Under the pieces are notes generated by a model, which saw only the letters and a list, made by a program, of their open reading frames with translations, had not been told where the DNA came from and did not search any database. The position numbers were made by a program, and so were the translations under genes. Of a stretch of 64,000 nucleotides of DNA, positions 18,594 to 26,799 are shown in pieces. Each line of letters begins with the position of its first letter. Position 1 is the first letter of the stretch. This DNA comes from Candidatus Latescibacterota bacterium (lineage in GTDB: Bacteria > Latescibacterota > UBA2968 > UBA8231): contig OZ242214.1 in assembly GCA_965206595.1 (NCBI GenBank), positions 928,001 to 992,000 on the forward strand, given 5' to 3'.

Positions 18594-20882
18594 GTGCCGA
18601 GGGACACTGACAACACACACTCCGCGAACCTGGTCGTCCGACTGACCAGGAGGGCGAAACGGCTTTACCAGGAGTGCTCGCGCCGAACGTGGTGCGGTGC
18701 CGTGCTGCTGTTCTCGTTCGCCCTCCTCTGGCGCGCGCTCTACCTCTACCAGATGGCGGCTCGGAGTCCATTCTTCGATGCCCCCATGGTGGATGCACAG
18801 ACCTATTCCCAGCAAGCGGAACAGCTCGCCGCGACGTTCAGCCTGGGAGACGGGCCGTTCACATGGCCGCCGCTCTATCCCGCCTTCCTGGGCATTCTCT
18901 ACTGGCTCTTCGGGGCTGATTTTTACGCCTGCCGCCTGATCCAGTTCAGCCTGGGCGCGCTCAGCGTCGTACTCCTCTACCTGATCGGCCGGCGGGTATT
19001 TTCCCCGGGCATCGGTCTGGCCGCCGGGGCCGTGGCCGCGGTGTACGGACCGCTGATCTACTTCGAGGGGGAACTTCTGCCCCCGGTGCTGGCCATTATG
19101 CTCAATTCGAGCCTCGTACTCTTTCTCCTTCGCGCAGGTACCGTCAGACATCCCTGGTCCTGTCTTGCTGCCGGACTCCTGCTGGGCGTGGCCGGCCTCG
19201 CCGTTGCCCATGTGTTCCTCTTCGGCCTGGGGGTGGCCGGATGGATTTTCCGGCGCAGAGATATGGGGCTGCCTGCCCGGCTCGGCCGCGTCCTGTTGCT
19301 GGCCCTGGGGATGCTTCTCGTCATCGGCGGCACGACGTGGCGAAACTACCACAAGGGTGGCGACCTGGTCCTGCTCTCCTCGGACTCGGGCTTGAATTTT
19401 TATCTGGGCAACAACCCGGATCAGGCGCGAACGGTCAGGTTGGGACCGGGCGCGGAGTGGGATGAGCTGGTCCGGCAGCCGGTCCGGCAGGGACTGGAAA
19501 AACCCTCGGAACAATCGGCCTATTTCTGGCGGGCGGCGGCCTCGTTCGTCAGAGAGGAGCCGGCAGCCTGTCTGCGGTCTCTGGCCACGAAAGCGTTCGA
19601 CTTCTGGCAGGGAGGCGAAATCGGGCGTCACACCGATATCTATTTTGCCCGCGCCCATTCCGCGTTGCTGGCCGGGCTGGTGTGGCATCACTGGCTCGCC
19701 TTCCCGTTCGGCATCGTTGGCCCGTTGGCGCTGGTCGGACTGCTGCTGGCCATCGTCGAAAGACGAGCGGGTCTGATCGTATTGTTTGTCCTGTGTTATG
19801 CAGGAGCGGTCGTCGCCTTCTCGGTGACCGCCCGCTACCGTCTCCCCGCGGTGCCGATGTTGATCCTGCTGGCCTGCTACGCGGGCGCGTGGTTGAAGGA
19901 CCAGGTGTCGGCCAGGCAGTGGCGGAACGTGTTGCCGGCGGCAGGTCTCCTCCTCCTTGTCGCGTGGCCGCTGAACGCAAGAGCCATCACGCTGGCGGAC
20001 GACGCCCAGGACCGGTATTACGCCGGACTGGCCTACGCCCGCAAAGGTATGCCGGCGAGGGCGACCTTGGAGCTGCGAAGAGCCCTCGACTTGGATGAAG
20101 GTCACTACGATGCACGCCTGAAGTTGGGTGAGCTCCTGGTCGATCTCGACAACCCCGCTGAGGCTCGAGAACAATTCCGGCTGCTGGCACAACGTTTTCC
20201 GCTGCGGGCGGATCCCCGGCGCAATCTGGCCAATCTCTATCTCGAGGAGAAGAGAATCGAAGAGGCCGTGGTCCTCTTCGAGGAGATCGTCGACCTGGAA
20301 CCGACAGCTGCCCGCTCACACTTTGGCTTGGCCGGGGCCCTGCGTCTGGCGGGACGCCTGGAGGCAGCCAGGGACTCCTACCTGAAGGCCGTGGAACTGG
20401 ACCCCGATCATTTTGAAGCCGGGTATCATCTGGCAGTCCTCTACCAGCAGGAGGGACGGTGGCGGGAAGCGGAGCACGTGTACCTGCTGCTCCTGCAGCA
20501 GCAGCCCGGGCATGACGACGTGCGCAACAATCTGGGATACAGCTACCTGAGACGGCGGGAATTCCCGGCGGCTGCTGCGGAGTTTTCCCATGTTCTCGAC
20601 AGCAACCCGGATCACGTGCTTGCTCGCCGGAATCTGGCCATTGCCTACGAAGGGCTGGAACGCAACCGCGAGGCGGTGCGGGAGTACGAGCGTCTCATCC
20701 AGCAGGGGGAAGAGATCGAGGTGTACAATCATCTGAGCCGTCTCTACGGCAAGATGGGGCAACCGGAAAAAGCCGAGGAGGCACGGCAGAAGCACCGGAT
20801 GGTGCTGCGGCGCGAGGAAATTTTCGGAGAGTTGCGCGAGCTCGCAGAGCAGATGTTCCAGGGAGCTCCAGGAGCCCGATGA
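18594..20882 (+). CDS. GT-C fold (ArnT/PMT-like, GT39/GT83-type) membrane glycosyltransferase with C-terminal TPR repeats
   Basis: 'DAQTY', 'PPLYPAFLG', 'GLNFYLGNNP', 'RYRLP' motifs, many TMs, then TPRs. Start moved to GTG 18594 to avoid overlap with the upstream gene. Confidence 0.75.
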   Translation: MPRDTDNTHSANLVVRLTRRAKRLYQECSRRTWCGAVLLFSFALLWRALYLYQMAARSPFFDAPMVDAQTYSQQAEQLAATFSLGDGPFTWPPLYPAFLGILYWLFGADFYACRLIQFSLGALSVVLLYLIGRRVFSPGIGLAAGAVAAVYGPLIYFEGELLPPVLAIMLNSSLVLFLLRAGTVRHPWSCLAAGLLLGVAGLAVAHVFLFGLGVAGWIFRRRDMGLPARLGRVLLLALGMLLVIGGTTWRNYHKGGDLVLLSSDSGLNFYLGNNPDQARTVRLGPGAEWDELVRQPVRQGLEKPSEQSAYFWRAAASFVREEPAACLRSLATKAFDFWQGGEIGRHTDIYFARAHSALLAGLVWHHWLAFPFGIVGPLALVGLLLAIVERRAGLIVLFVLCYAGAVVAFSVTARYRLPAVPMLILLACYAGAWLKDQVSARQWRNVLPAAGLLLLVAWPLNARAITLADDAQDRYYAGLAYARKGMPARATLELRRALDLDEGHYDARLKLGELLVDLDNPAEAREQFRLLAQRFPLRADPRRNLANLYLEEKRIEEAVVLFEEIVDLEPTAARSHFGLAGALRLAGRLEAARDSYLKAVELDPDHFEAGYHLAVLYQQEGRWREAEHVYLLLLQQQPGHDDVRNNLGYSYLRRREFPAAAAEFSHVLDSNPDHVLARRNLAIAYEGLERNREAVREYERLIQQGEEIEVYNHLSRLYGKMGQPEKAEEARQKHRMVLRREEIFGELRELAEQMFQGAPGAR

Positions 20883-21010
20883 AACTGAATCGCTCCGGTT
20901 CAGGGATTCCTTCCTCAGGGATGGCGCCGGAAGCCAGATCGCCGGGTGCGCGAAGGAAGATGTCCCTTGACAGCGCAGACAGGTGGAAACCCTGCAACAG
21001 GCAGTTGACA

Positions 21011-22588
21011 ATGAAAGCTACCGCCCGTTTGGCACACAGACTCTTTACCGGATTGTTGGGACTTGCCCTGAGCACAGGCCTGCAGGCCCAAGCCAAGCCT
21101 CAGCGAACAACCCAGGAAATTGCGGCCCTCAAGAAACAGTACTGCGGTGGCTGCCATTTCCCCCCTCCGGCGAATCTAATGCCTAAAAAAGACTGGCCCA
21201 GAGTGATTAAAGCCATGCAGGACCTGACCATAGAGCGCGATGGCCGCCCTTTCTTCCCCGACGATGTGCTCAGGGATCTTACCGCTTTCTACTACGACAG
21301 TGCTCCGGCCGAGCTGCCCAGGCTGCCCTATTTCGACAACACTGACAGTCCAGTTGCTTTCCACATGAGAGAGATCGGCGAGAAATCGGTGTTGCCATCG
21401 GTGATCAAAATCAGCAGCACCGATTTGAACAGCGACGACAAATTGGAATTTCTGCTGTGTGACGGAGAGAGCAATCAGGTAAACCTGTTGCAACAGGTCG
21501 AGGGCCAATGGCAGGAATCGAAACTGGCGGATGTGGCTATTCCAGTGAACACCGAGGTGGTGGACTATGACGCGGATGGCGACAAGGATATCCTGGTGGC
21601 GGCGTTGGGTTATTACCCCCCATCAGACGAGCTGGCCGGCAGGGTGGTGGTATTGGAACAGACCAGGCTCGATCAATTTGAGAAAAAGATCCTTCTGGAG
21701 GGGGTGGGTCGCATCACCGATGTTCGCAGCGCTGATATAGACAAGGACGGCGACCTGGATATTGCCGTGGCAATTTTCGGCGGCAATACTGTGGGAGAAC
21801 TGGCCTGGCTGGAAAATCGCGGCGAGGGCCAGTATCAAAAACATACCATGGTGAATACTCGCGGCGGCTTGAACCTCACGCCCACAGACCTCAACGGCGA
21901 TGACATGGTGGACTTTGTCAGTTTTGTCTCCCAGGAGTATGAGGCCATAATCGGCATCGTCAATCTGGGCGATGGCAAGTTTAAATCCGACACCTTGACT
22001 CAAGCCCCGCATCCCATGTTCGGCTCCACCGGCATGAGCCTGGCCGACCTGGACAGTGACGGCGATCAGGATATCGTCTTTACCAACGGCGACAACTACG
22101 ATCTGCAGTGGGACCCCAAACCGTATCACGGGGTGCAGTGGCTGGAAAATCTCGGCAGCTTGAAGTTGACGGGAGCCGCCGGCGCCGGCTCCGAGGGCGA
22201 GGTGTTCTACGCTATTCAGTATCACGAAATCGGCCGCTTTTACGGTGCCGTGGATGCGGTGGTTGGAGATTTGGACAAGGATGGGGATATGGACATTGTC
22301 GCCAGCAGCTGGTCCAATTACTGGGAGGATCCCAGGCGCCAGAGCCTGATCTGGTTTGAAAATGACGGCTCGCAGAGGTTCAAGCGCCACAATATTGCCA
22401 AGCGTCCGCAAAGTGTAGTTTCACTGGACCTGCGTGATATCAACAATGACGAGCGGCTGGATATTATTGCCGGGGTATTCCGGGTAGACCTGCTGATGAA
22501 TGTGTTGAGGGATCCGAAAAATGGTTTGGGTGAGGAAACAGGCCCCAAAACACGGGTGATTGTCTTGGAAAACAAACCAGCGAGATAA
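21011..22588 (+). CDS. Secreted protein with N-terminal c-type heme motif and FG-GAP/VCBS beta-propeller repeats
   Basis: Signal peptide from ATG 21011; CGGCH (CxxCH); repeated D-x-D-x-D-G-D-x-D-I motifs. Confidence 0.8.
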   Translation: MKATARLAHRLFTGLLGLALSTGLQAQAKPQRTTQEIAALKKQYCGGCHFPPPANLMPKKDWPRVIKAMQDLTIERDGRPFFPDDVLRDLTAFYYDSAPAELPRLPYFDNTDSPVAFHMREIGEKSVLPSVIKISSTDLNSDDKLEFLLCDGESNQVNLLQQVEGQWQESKLADVAIPVNTEVVDYDADGDKDILVAALGYYPPSDELAGRVVVLEQTRLDQFEKKILLEGVGRITDVRSADIDKDGDLDIAVAIFGGNTVGELAWLENRGEGQYQKHTMVNTRGGLNLTPTDLNGDDMVDFVSFVSQEYEAIIGIVNLGDGKFKSDTLTQAPHPMFGSTGMSLADLDSDGDQDIVFTNGDNYDLQWDPKPYHGVQWLENLGSLKLTGAAGAGSEGEVFYAIQYHEIGRFYGAVDAVVGDLDKDGDMDIVASSWSNYWEDPRRQSLIWFENDGSQRFKRHNIAKRPQSVVSLDLRDINNDERLDIIAGVFRVDLLMNVLRDPKNGLGEETGPKTRVIVLENKPAR

Positions 22589-22671
22589 AGAAGAAGAAGA
22601 AGAAGGCGGGAATATCTGGAGCACGCCAGCTCGCATCATCGGCGCTGTCCACTGCACGATGTGGCCGCGCA

Positions 22672-24063
22672 TCAGTCGAACAAGGCGGAGGGCAGGGGCT
22701 CTACGAGGGGCATGATCCAATCTTTATGTTTGAAAGTCCGGGTCTTGGCCAGCAAATCAATTTCGGGATCTATGAGAAATTGGGACTTTCTTCCGTTCAG
22801 CCTGAGGCGTGATTCCACCGTTACAGCTATCCGTCCCAACTTATGCAGCTCGAGGTATCTTTCCCCGATGTAATGCGCCGCTTGCAGGATTTTATCAGGG
22901 TCTGTGGCCATAACCTCAATTTGTAATGGTGTAAACATATCACGGGTCCTGACCAACAACTTTTTGTTTCTTTCCTTGTCGTGAATATAGAAATCCAGTT
23001 TATATCTTTTGATGCTTGAGCGCATCCCCCAACTGAATACTATCCCTTCTTCGGTCCAATGGGCATTGCCATCTATCAAATGATGGCGGAGGGGAATGAG
23101 TAATTGCAATATTACACATATGCTGATAAAGGAAATGGTTAACTGCTGCCGCTTGTTCAGGTTACTGCCCGGAGTCCATTCCGGTGTTTCAGGATTGAAA
23201 TTTGCGAAGGCTTTCTTCCTGAATTTTTCAAAAATGTCCCGAGGCCAGGATGGAGGCAGCAGAATCAGCGTTGTTACAAGCATGAACAGGGCGAAGAAGC
23301 CGACATTGGTGATGAAGAAATTCATTATGTGAAACAAAAACAATGAGATAATTCCCAGCTTTCGAAAAGGCCGAAAAACCAGCATGGGGACGAGGAACAG
23401 ATCAAGAAGGAGGCCACCGTAGGCCGTCCCGTATATAAACCAGGGATCCTGGCAAAATTGTCCAAAAAAGGGAAGGTGGGTTCTCGATGAGAAGAGACCT
23501 TTGGTGACAAAACCCCTCAACCAGTCCTCATTTAACTTTGTTATTCCTCCAAACAGATAAGGCATGGCGATCTGAAATCGCAATATCCAGACAGTCCACG
23601 CCGGAACCGTTGCAGAGCAATGACTTCGACCTCTCCAGGCGTCGTATGAAAATTTGTTGCCTGCGGGAACGAAGATCAGGATCAGACTGATCCACCAGGC
23701 CAGATAGAAGTAGGTGTCCCAGATAATCTGATTTATGAGCAAAAAGTAGGTCAATCCCAGGAAGAACAGGGAACAGCTCAAGGTATAGCGATAGCCTATA
23801 CAGATAGAGAGAGCCAGCAGTATAAGTAGCACAAAAAACAGATACATGTATGGACCAGGTAGTGGGTCGACCCATGCGAAACCTATATAGTGGAAATGAA
23901 ACTGAGGATCGATCCAGTTTGCTTTAATGTCGAACTGGTCCAGAAAAAGGACAAAAGTCAAAATCATCATTAAACTGTAGACTATGCGAAAACAAATCAG
24001 GGAGGATATATCAACCGGTTTGAAAAACCAGGCAAAATCAATTTTCATTTTATGGGAATTCAT
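22672..24063 (-). CDS. HTTM-domain / vitamin K-dependent gamma-carboxylase-like membrane protein
   Basis: 'FHFHYIGFAWV', 'RFQIAMPYLFGGITKLNEDWLRG', 'WTEEG..FSW.M', 'MATDPD.ILQ.AHY', 'LNGR..Q.LIDP..DL'; visibly AT-richer than its neighbours. Confidence 0.85.
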   Translation of the reverse strand: MNSHKMKIDFAWFFKPVDISSLICFRIVYSLMMILTFVLFLDQFDIKANWIDPQFHFHYIGFAWVDPLPGPYMYLFFVLLILLALSICIGYRYTLSCSLFFLGLTYFLLINQIIWDTYFYLAWWISLILIFVPAGNKFSYDAWRGRSHCSATVPAWTVWILRFQIAMPYLFGGITKLNEDWLRGFVTKGLFSSRTHLPFFGQFCQDPWFIYGTAYGGLLLDLFLVPMLVFRPFRKLGIISLFLFHIMNFFITNVGFFALFMLVTTLILLPPSWPRDIFEKFRKKAFANFNPETPEWTPGSNLNKRQQLTISFISICVILQLLIPLRHHLIDGNAHWTEEGIVFSWGMRSSIKRYKLDFYIHDKERNKKLLVRTRDMFTPLQIEVMATDPDKILQAAHYIGERYLELHKLGRIAVTVESRLRLNGRKSQFLIDPEIDLLAKTRTFKHKDWIMPLVEPLPSALFD

Positions 24064-24404
24064 CGCTCAGAAGCTCCTTCGCACGCGCTCGGAAGGACCC
24101 CCAGGCAGAGGGGCCGTCGAAATCGTCCTTTTATGTGCACGAGTCCTGCGGCGCTGCCCCGCTGTCCCCCCTTGCGCTGTAGCGCGATGGGGCCGGGCGG
24201 GTAAGCGGCGTTCCGGAGCGGACAGTTGGCATCTCTCCAACGCACAACACCTGATGGATCCACTTCGAGAAATACGTCTCCGTCTCGTGCATGCAGGTTT
24301 GTATCATTTGCGTAAACCTCCCGGACAGGGTTGGTGTGATCGCTCTATTATAGATTAGGTTATAGGCCAAGTCCACGGTTTTCAGGCCGGTTCGTAAGGT
24401 TCAC

Positions 24405-26024
24405 GTAACCGTTCAGTCCCCCCTGCAGTAGTTTGAGCATATAAAGAAATACCTAAGCGGGTTTTCGGGTTCGTCGGTATTTTCGGGATTGGTTGTGTGT
24501 TGGAGATTTCCCTGGATACGGCGACCCCATGAAGAGACCTCCTGAGAGTACGATTTCCGAAGGCGACCTGCGCCAGCGCATTGTCCAGCTTGAGCAGATC
24601 GTGGAACAACAGACGGCGCGCATTGGGGAGCTGGAGCGGGAATTGGCCCGCCGCAAAGGGCGCTCCCGCCGCGGTGCCCGGGCCGCCTCGTCGCAATCGG
24701 GCGCTTCCTCCTCGCCGCGCACCGACACCTCCCGTCGCCGGTCCTCGGGGCGCTCGCCGGGCGGACAGCCCGGGCACGAAGGACCCGGCCGCTCGTGGGT
24801 ATCGGTCGAGCAGGTGGACGAACGGATCCCGGTCAAGCCCAGCCATTGCCACGGATGCGGGCACCGGTTGACGGGAGACGATCCTCATCCGCAGCGTCAC
24901 CAGGAAGTCGTCCTCCCGCCGCTGCGGGCCGAGGTCATCGAGTATCAGTTGCACACCCTGCGCCGCGCTCACTGCGACCGCCTGACCGCAGCCGGTTGGC
25001 CCGAGGGCGTGTCGCGCCACACCTTCGGTCCCAGCGTGCAAGCCTGGGTCGGCCTGCTGGCCGGGGCCTACCGGCTGAGCAAGCGCAACATCCGGGCGTT
25101 GTTGTCCGACGCCTTCGGCCTCGAGGTGTCGCTGGGTACGGTCAGCCGACTGGAACGGGAGGTGGCCGCGGCCCTGGCGGCTCCGGTCGAGGAGGCGCGC
25201 GCCTTCGTTCGCCGACAGGGCCTCGTCAACGTCGACGAGACCGGCTGGCGCCAGCGCCGCGCCAAGGCCTGGTTGTGGACCGCGGTGACGGCCGGCGTCA
25301 CCGTGTTCGCCATTCGCCCAAGCCGGGGACGGGACGGGGTCGATGAGGTGCTGGGTGCGGACAACCGGGCGGTGGTCGGCTCCGATCGCTATTCGGCCTA
25401 CGCGCATCTGCCGCTACGACGCCGGCACGTGTGCTGGGCTCATCTGCGGCGCGCCTTCGAGGAGTTCGTGGCCCGGGGCGGAGAGGCCGGGCGCGTCGGT
25501 CAACACCTGTTGGACCGCAGCGAGCAGCTGTTTACCTGGTGGCATCAAGTCCGCGACGGCACCCTGTCCCGCGCCCGCTTCCAGGACTATATCGACGATT
25601 TGTGTCTGCGCTTTCGTTTTCATTTGTGCTATGGTCAGCAGTTCGCCGACGCCAAGACGGCGGCCACCTGCGCCAATCTCCTCGACCTCGGGCCGGCCCT
25701 GTGGACCTTCGCACGCCGGCCCGGCGTCGAGCCGACCAACAACGAAGCCGAACGAGCCCTTCGCCATGGCGTGTTGTGGCGTCACACCAGCTTCGGTACC
25801 CACAGTGCCGAAGGCAGCCGTTTCGTAGAGCGCCTGCTCACGGTACGCGATACCCTGCGCCAGCAGCAGCGCAACGTCCTCGACTATCTCAGGATGGCCT
25901 GTGACGCGGCCGTGTCTCAGCAGCCGGCGCCCTCGCTGCTGCCTTCAACCCACTCCGCCATTCGTTAATATTCTGCTACCATTCCGCCCCCGGCCCCAAC
26001 CTGCCAGGGGAACTGAACGGTTAC
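24405..26024 (+). mobile_element. IS66-family (single-ORF, ISBst12-like) element, copy 1, apparently complete
   Basis: Terminal IRs GTAACCGTTCAGT / ACTGAACGGTTAC; 8-bp target duplication AGGTTCAC (24397-24404 and 26025-26032). Confidence 0.92.
24493..25968 (+). CDS. IS66-family transposase (likely start ATG 24529)
   Basis: 'GGQPGHEG', Zn-finger CHGC, 'VDETGW', 'DRYSAY', 'CWAHLRR', 'EPTNNEAERALR'. Confidence 0.92.
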   Translation: MCVGDFPGYGDPMKRPPESTISEGDLRQRIVQLEQIVEQQTARIGELERELARRKGRSRRGARAASSQSGASSSPRTDTSRRRSSGRSPGGQPGHEGPGRSWVSVEQVDERIPVKPSHCHGCGHRLTGDDPHPQRHQEVVLPPLRAEVIEYQLHTLRRAHCDRLTAAGWPEGVSRHTFGPSVQAWVGLLAGAYRLSKRNIRALLSDAFGLEVSLGTVSRLEREVAAALAAPVEEARAFVRRQGLVNVDETGWRQRRAKAWLWTAVTAGVTVFAIRPSRGRDGVDEVLGADNRAVVGSDRYSAYAHLPLRRRHVCWAHLRRAFEEFVARGGEAGRVGQHLLDRSEQLFTWWHQVRDGTLSRARFQDYIDDLCLRFRFHLCYGQQFADAKTAATCANLLDLGPALWTFARRPGVEPTNNEAERALRHGVLWRHTSFGTHSAEGSRFVERLLTVRDTLRQQQRNVLDYLRMACDAAVSQQPAPSLLPSTHSAIR

Positions 26025-26519
26025 AGGTTCACTACCCGCTTCGGCGACTGTAAATCCTCGCCGGTGTCCCGGCCCACGGATAACGTGAAAACTTCCGGCG
26101 CCGAGACGGGATGGATCGCCGCCCGACAATTGCATGGGATTCCCGGGATCCCACACCAGGTCCTGCCTTGCACCTCTCGCGGGTGTCCAAATGCGGAGGT
26201 GCTGGAGGAAGGCGGCATAGTCGGATGAGCCGGATCAGGATGACAGTCCCGCCAACCTGCTTCCGCATCGACTCCCAGCGGATGGAGTGCACGTGCCGGG
26301 CGTAACCCGCGACCTTCGCGATCCGAACCGGGCGATTTGTCATGTCGCCGATTGGGCGGTCCTCCCTCATCCCCGGCAGCGACCGTCAGCGCTGACTTTT
26401 CATGGCTGCTTCGAAACAGCCCGGGGGGTGTTCGATGTCGAAGGCGGTTGGAGGCAACGCGTGAGCCCGGGTCAGGCGAATGGCTCCCATCCGGGAATTC
26501 CACCCCGGCGAGTGCCGGC

Positions 26520-26690
26520 ATGACCGCAATAGTGTACCTCCTCTTCTTCTTTTCGGGGGCCGCCGGCCTGATCTACCAGGTCATCTGGGTCCGCCAGTTC
26601 GGCAACGTCTTCGGCAACAACGTCTACTCCGCCTCCCTCGTGATCGCGGTGTTCATGTGCGGGCTCGGGCTCGGCAGCTACCTGGCCGGT
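26520..26690 (+). pseudogene. 5' remnant of fused MFS/spermidine-synthase-like membrane protein
   Basis: MTAIVYLLFFFSGAAGLIYQVIWVRQFGNVFG...GLGLGSYLAG is the characteristic N-terminus; the similarity ends abruptly before the IS1380 element. Confidence 0.7.
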
Positions 26691-26799
26691 AACCGCTGCC
26701 TGCTCCCGGCAGCCTGCAACCGAGAAATCCTCAGTCACCCTCCTTGCTCGCTTGTCAACCCTAACGTTGCATAAATCAGCTTGAAGGAGGTGGTTGTGA

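Noticed and set aside
24064-24400. Possible riboswitch in the GC-rich leader of the HTTM gene
   Set aside because: Local hairpins only; no match to glycine, cobalamin, SAM, TPP or c-di-GMP consensus that I could confirm.
26033-26519. Short ORFs and hairpins between IS66 copy 1 and the membrane-gene remnant
   Set aside because: No recognisable motif or consistent codon bias; left unassigned.
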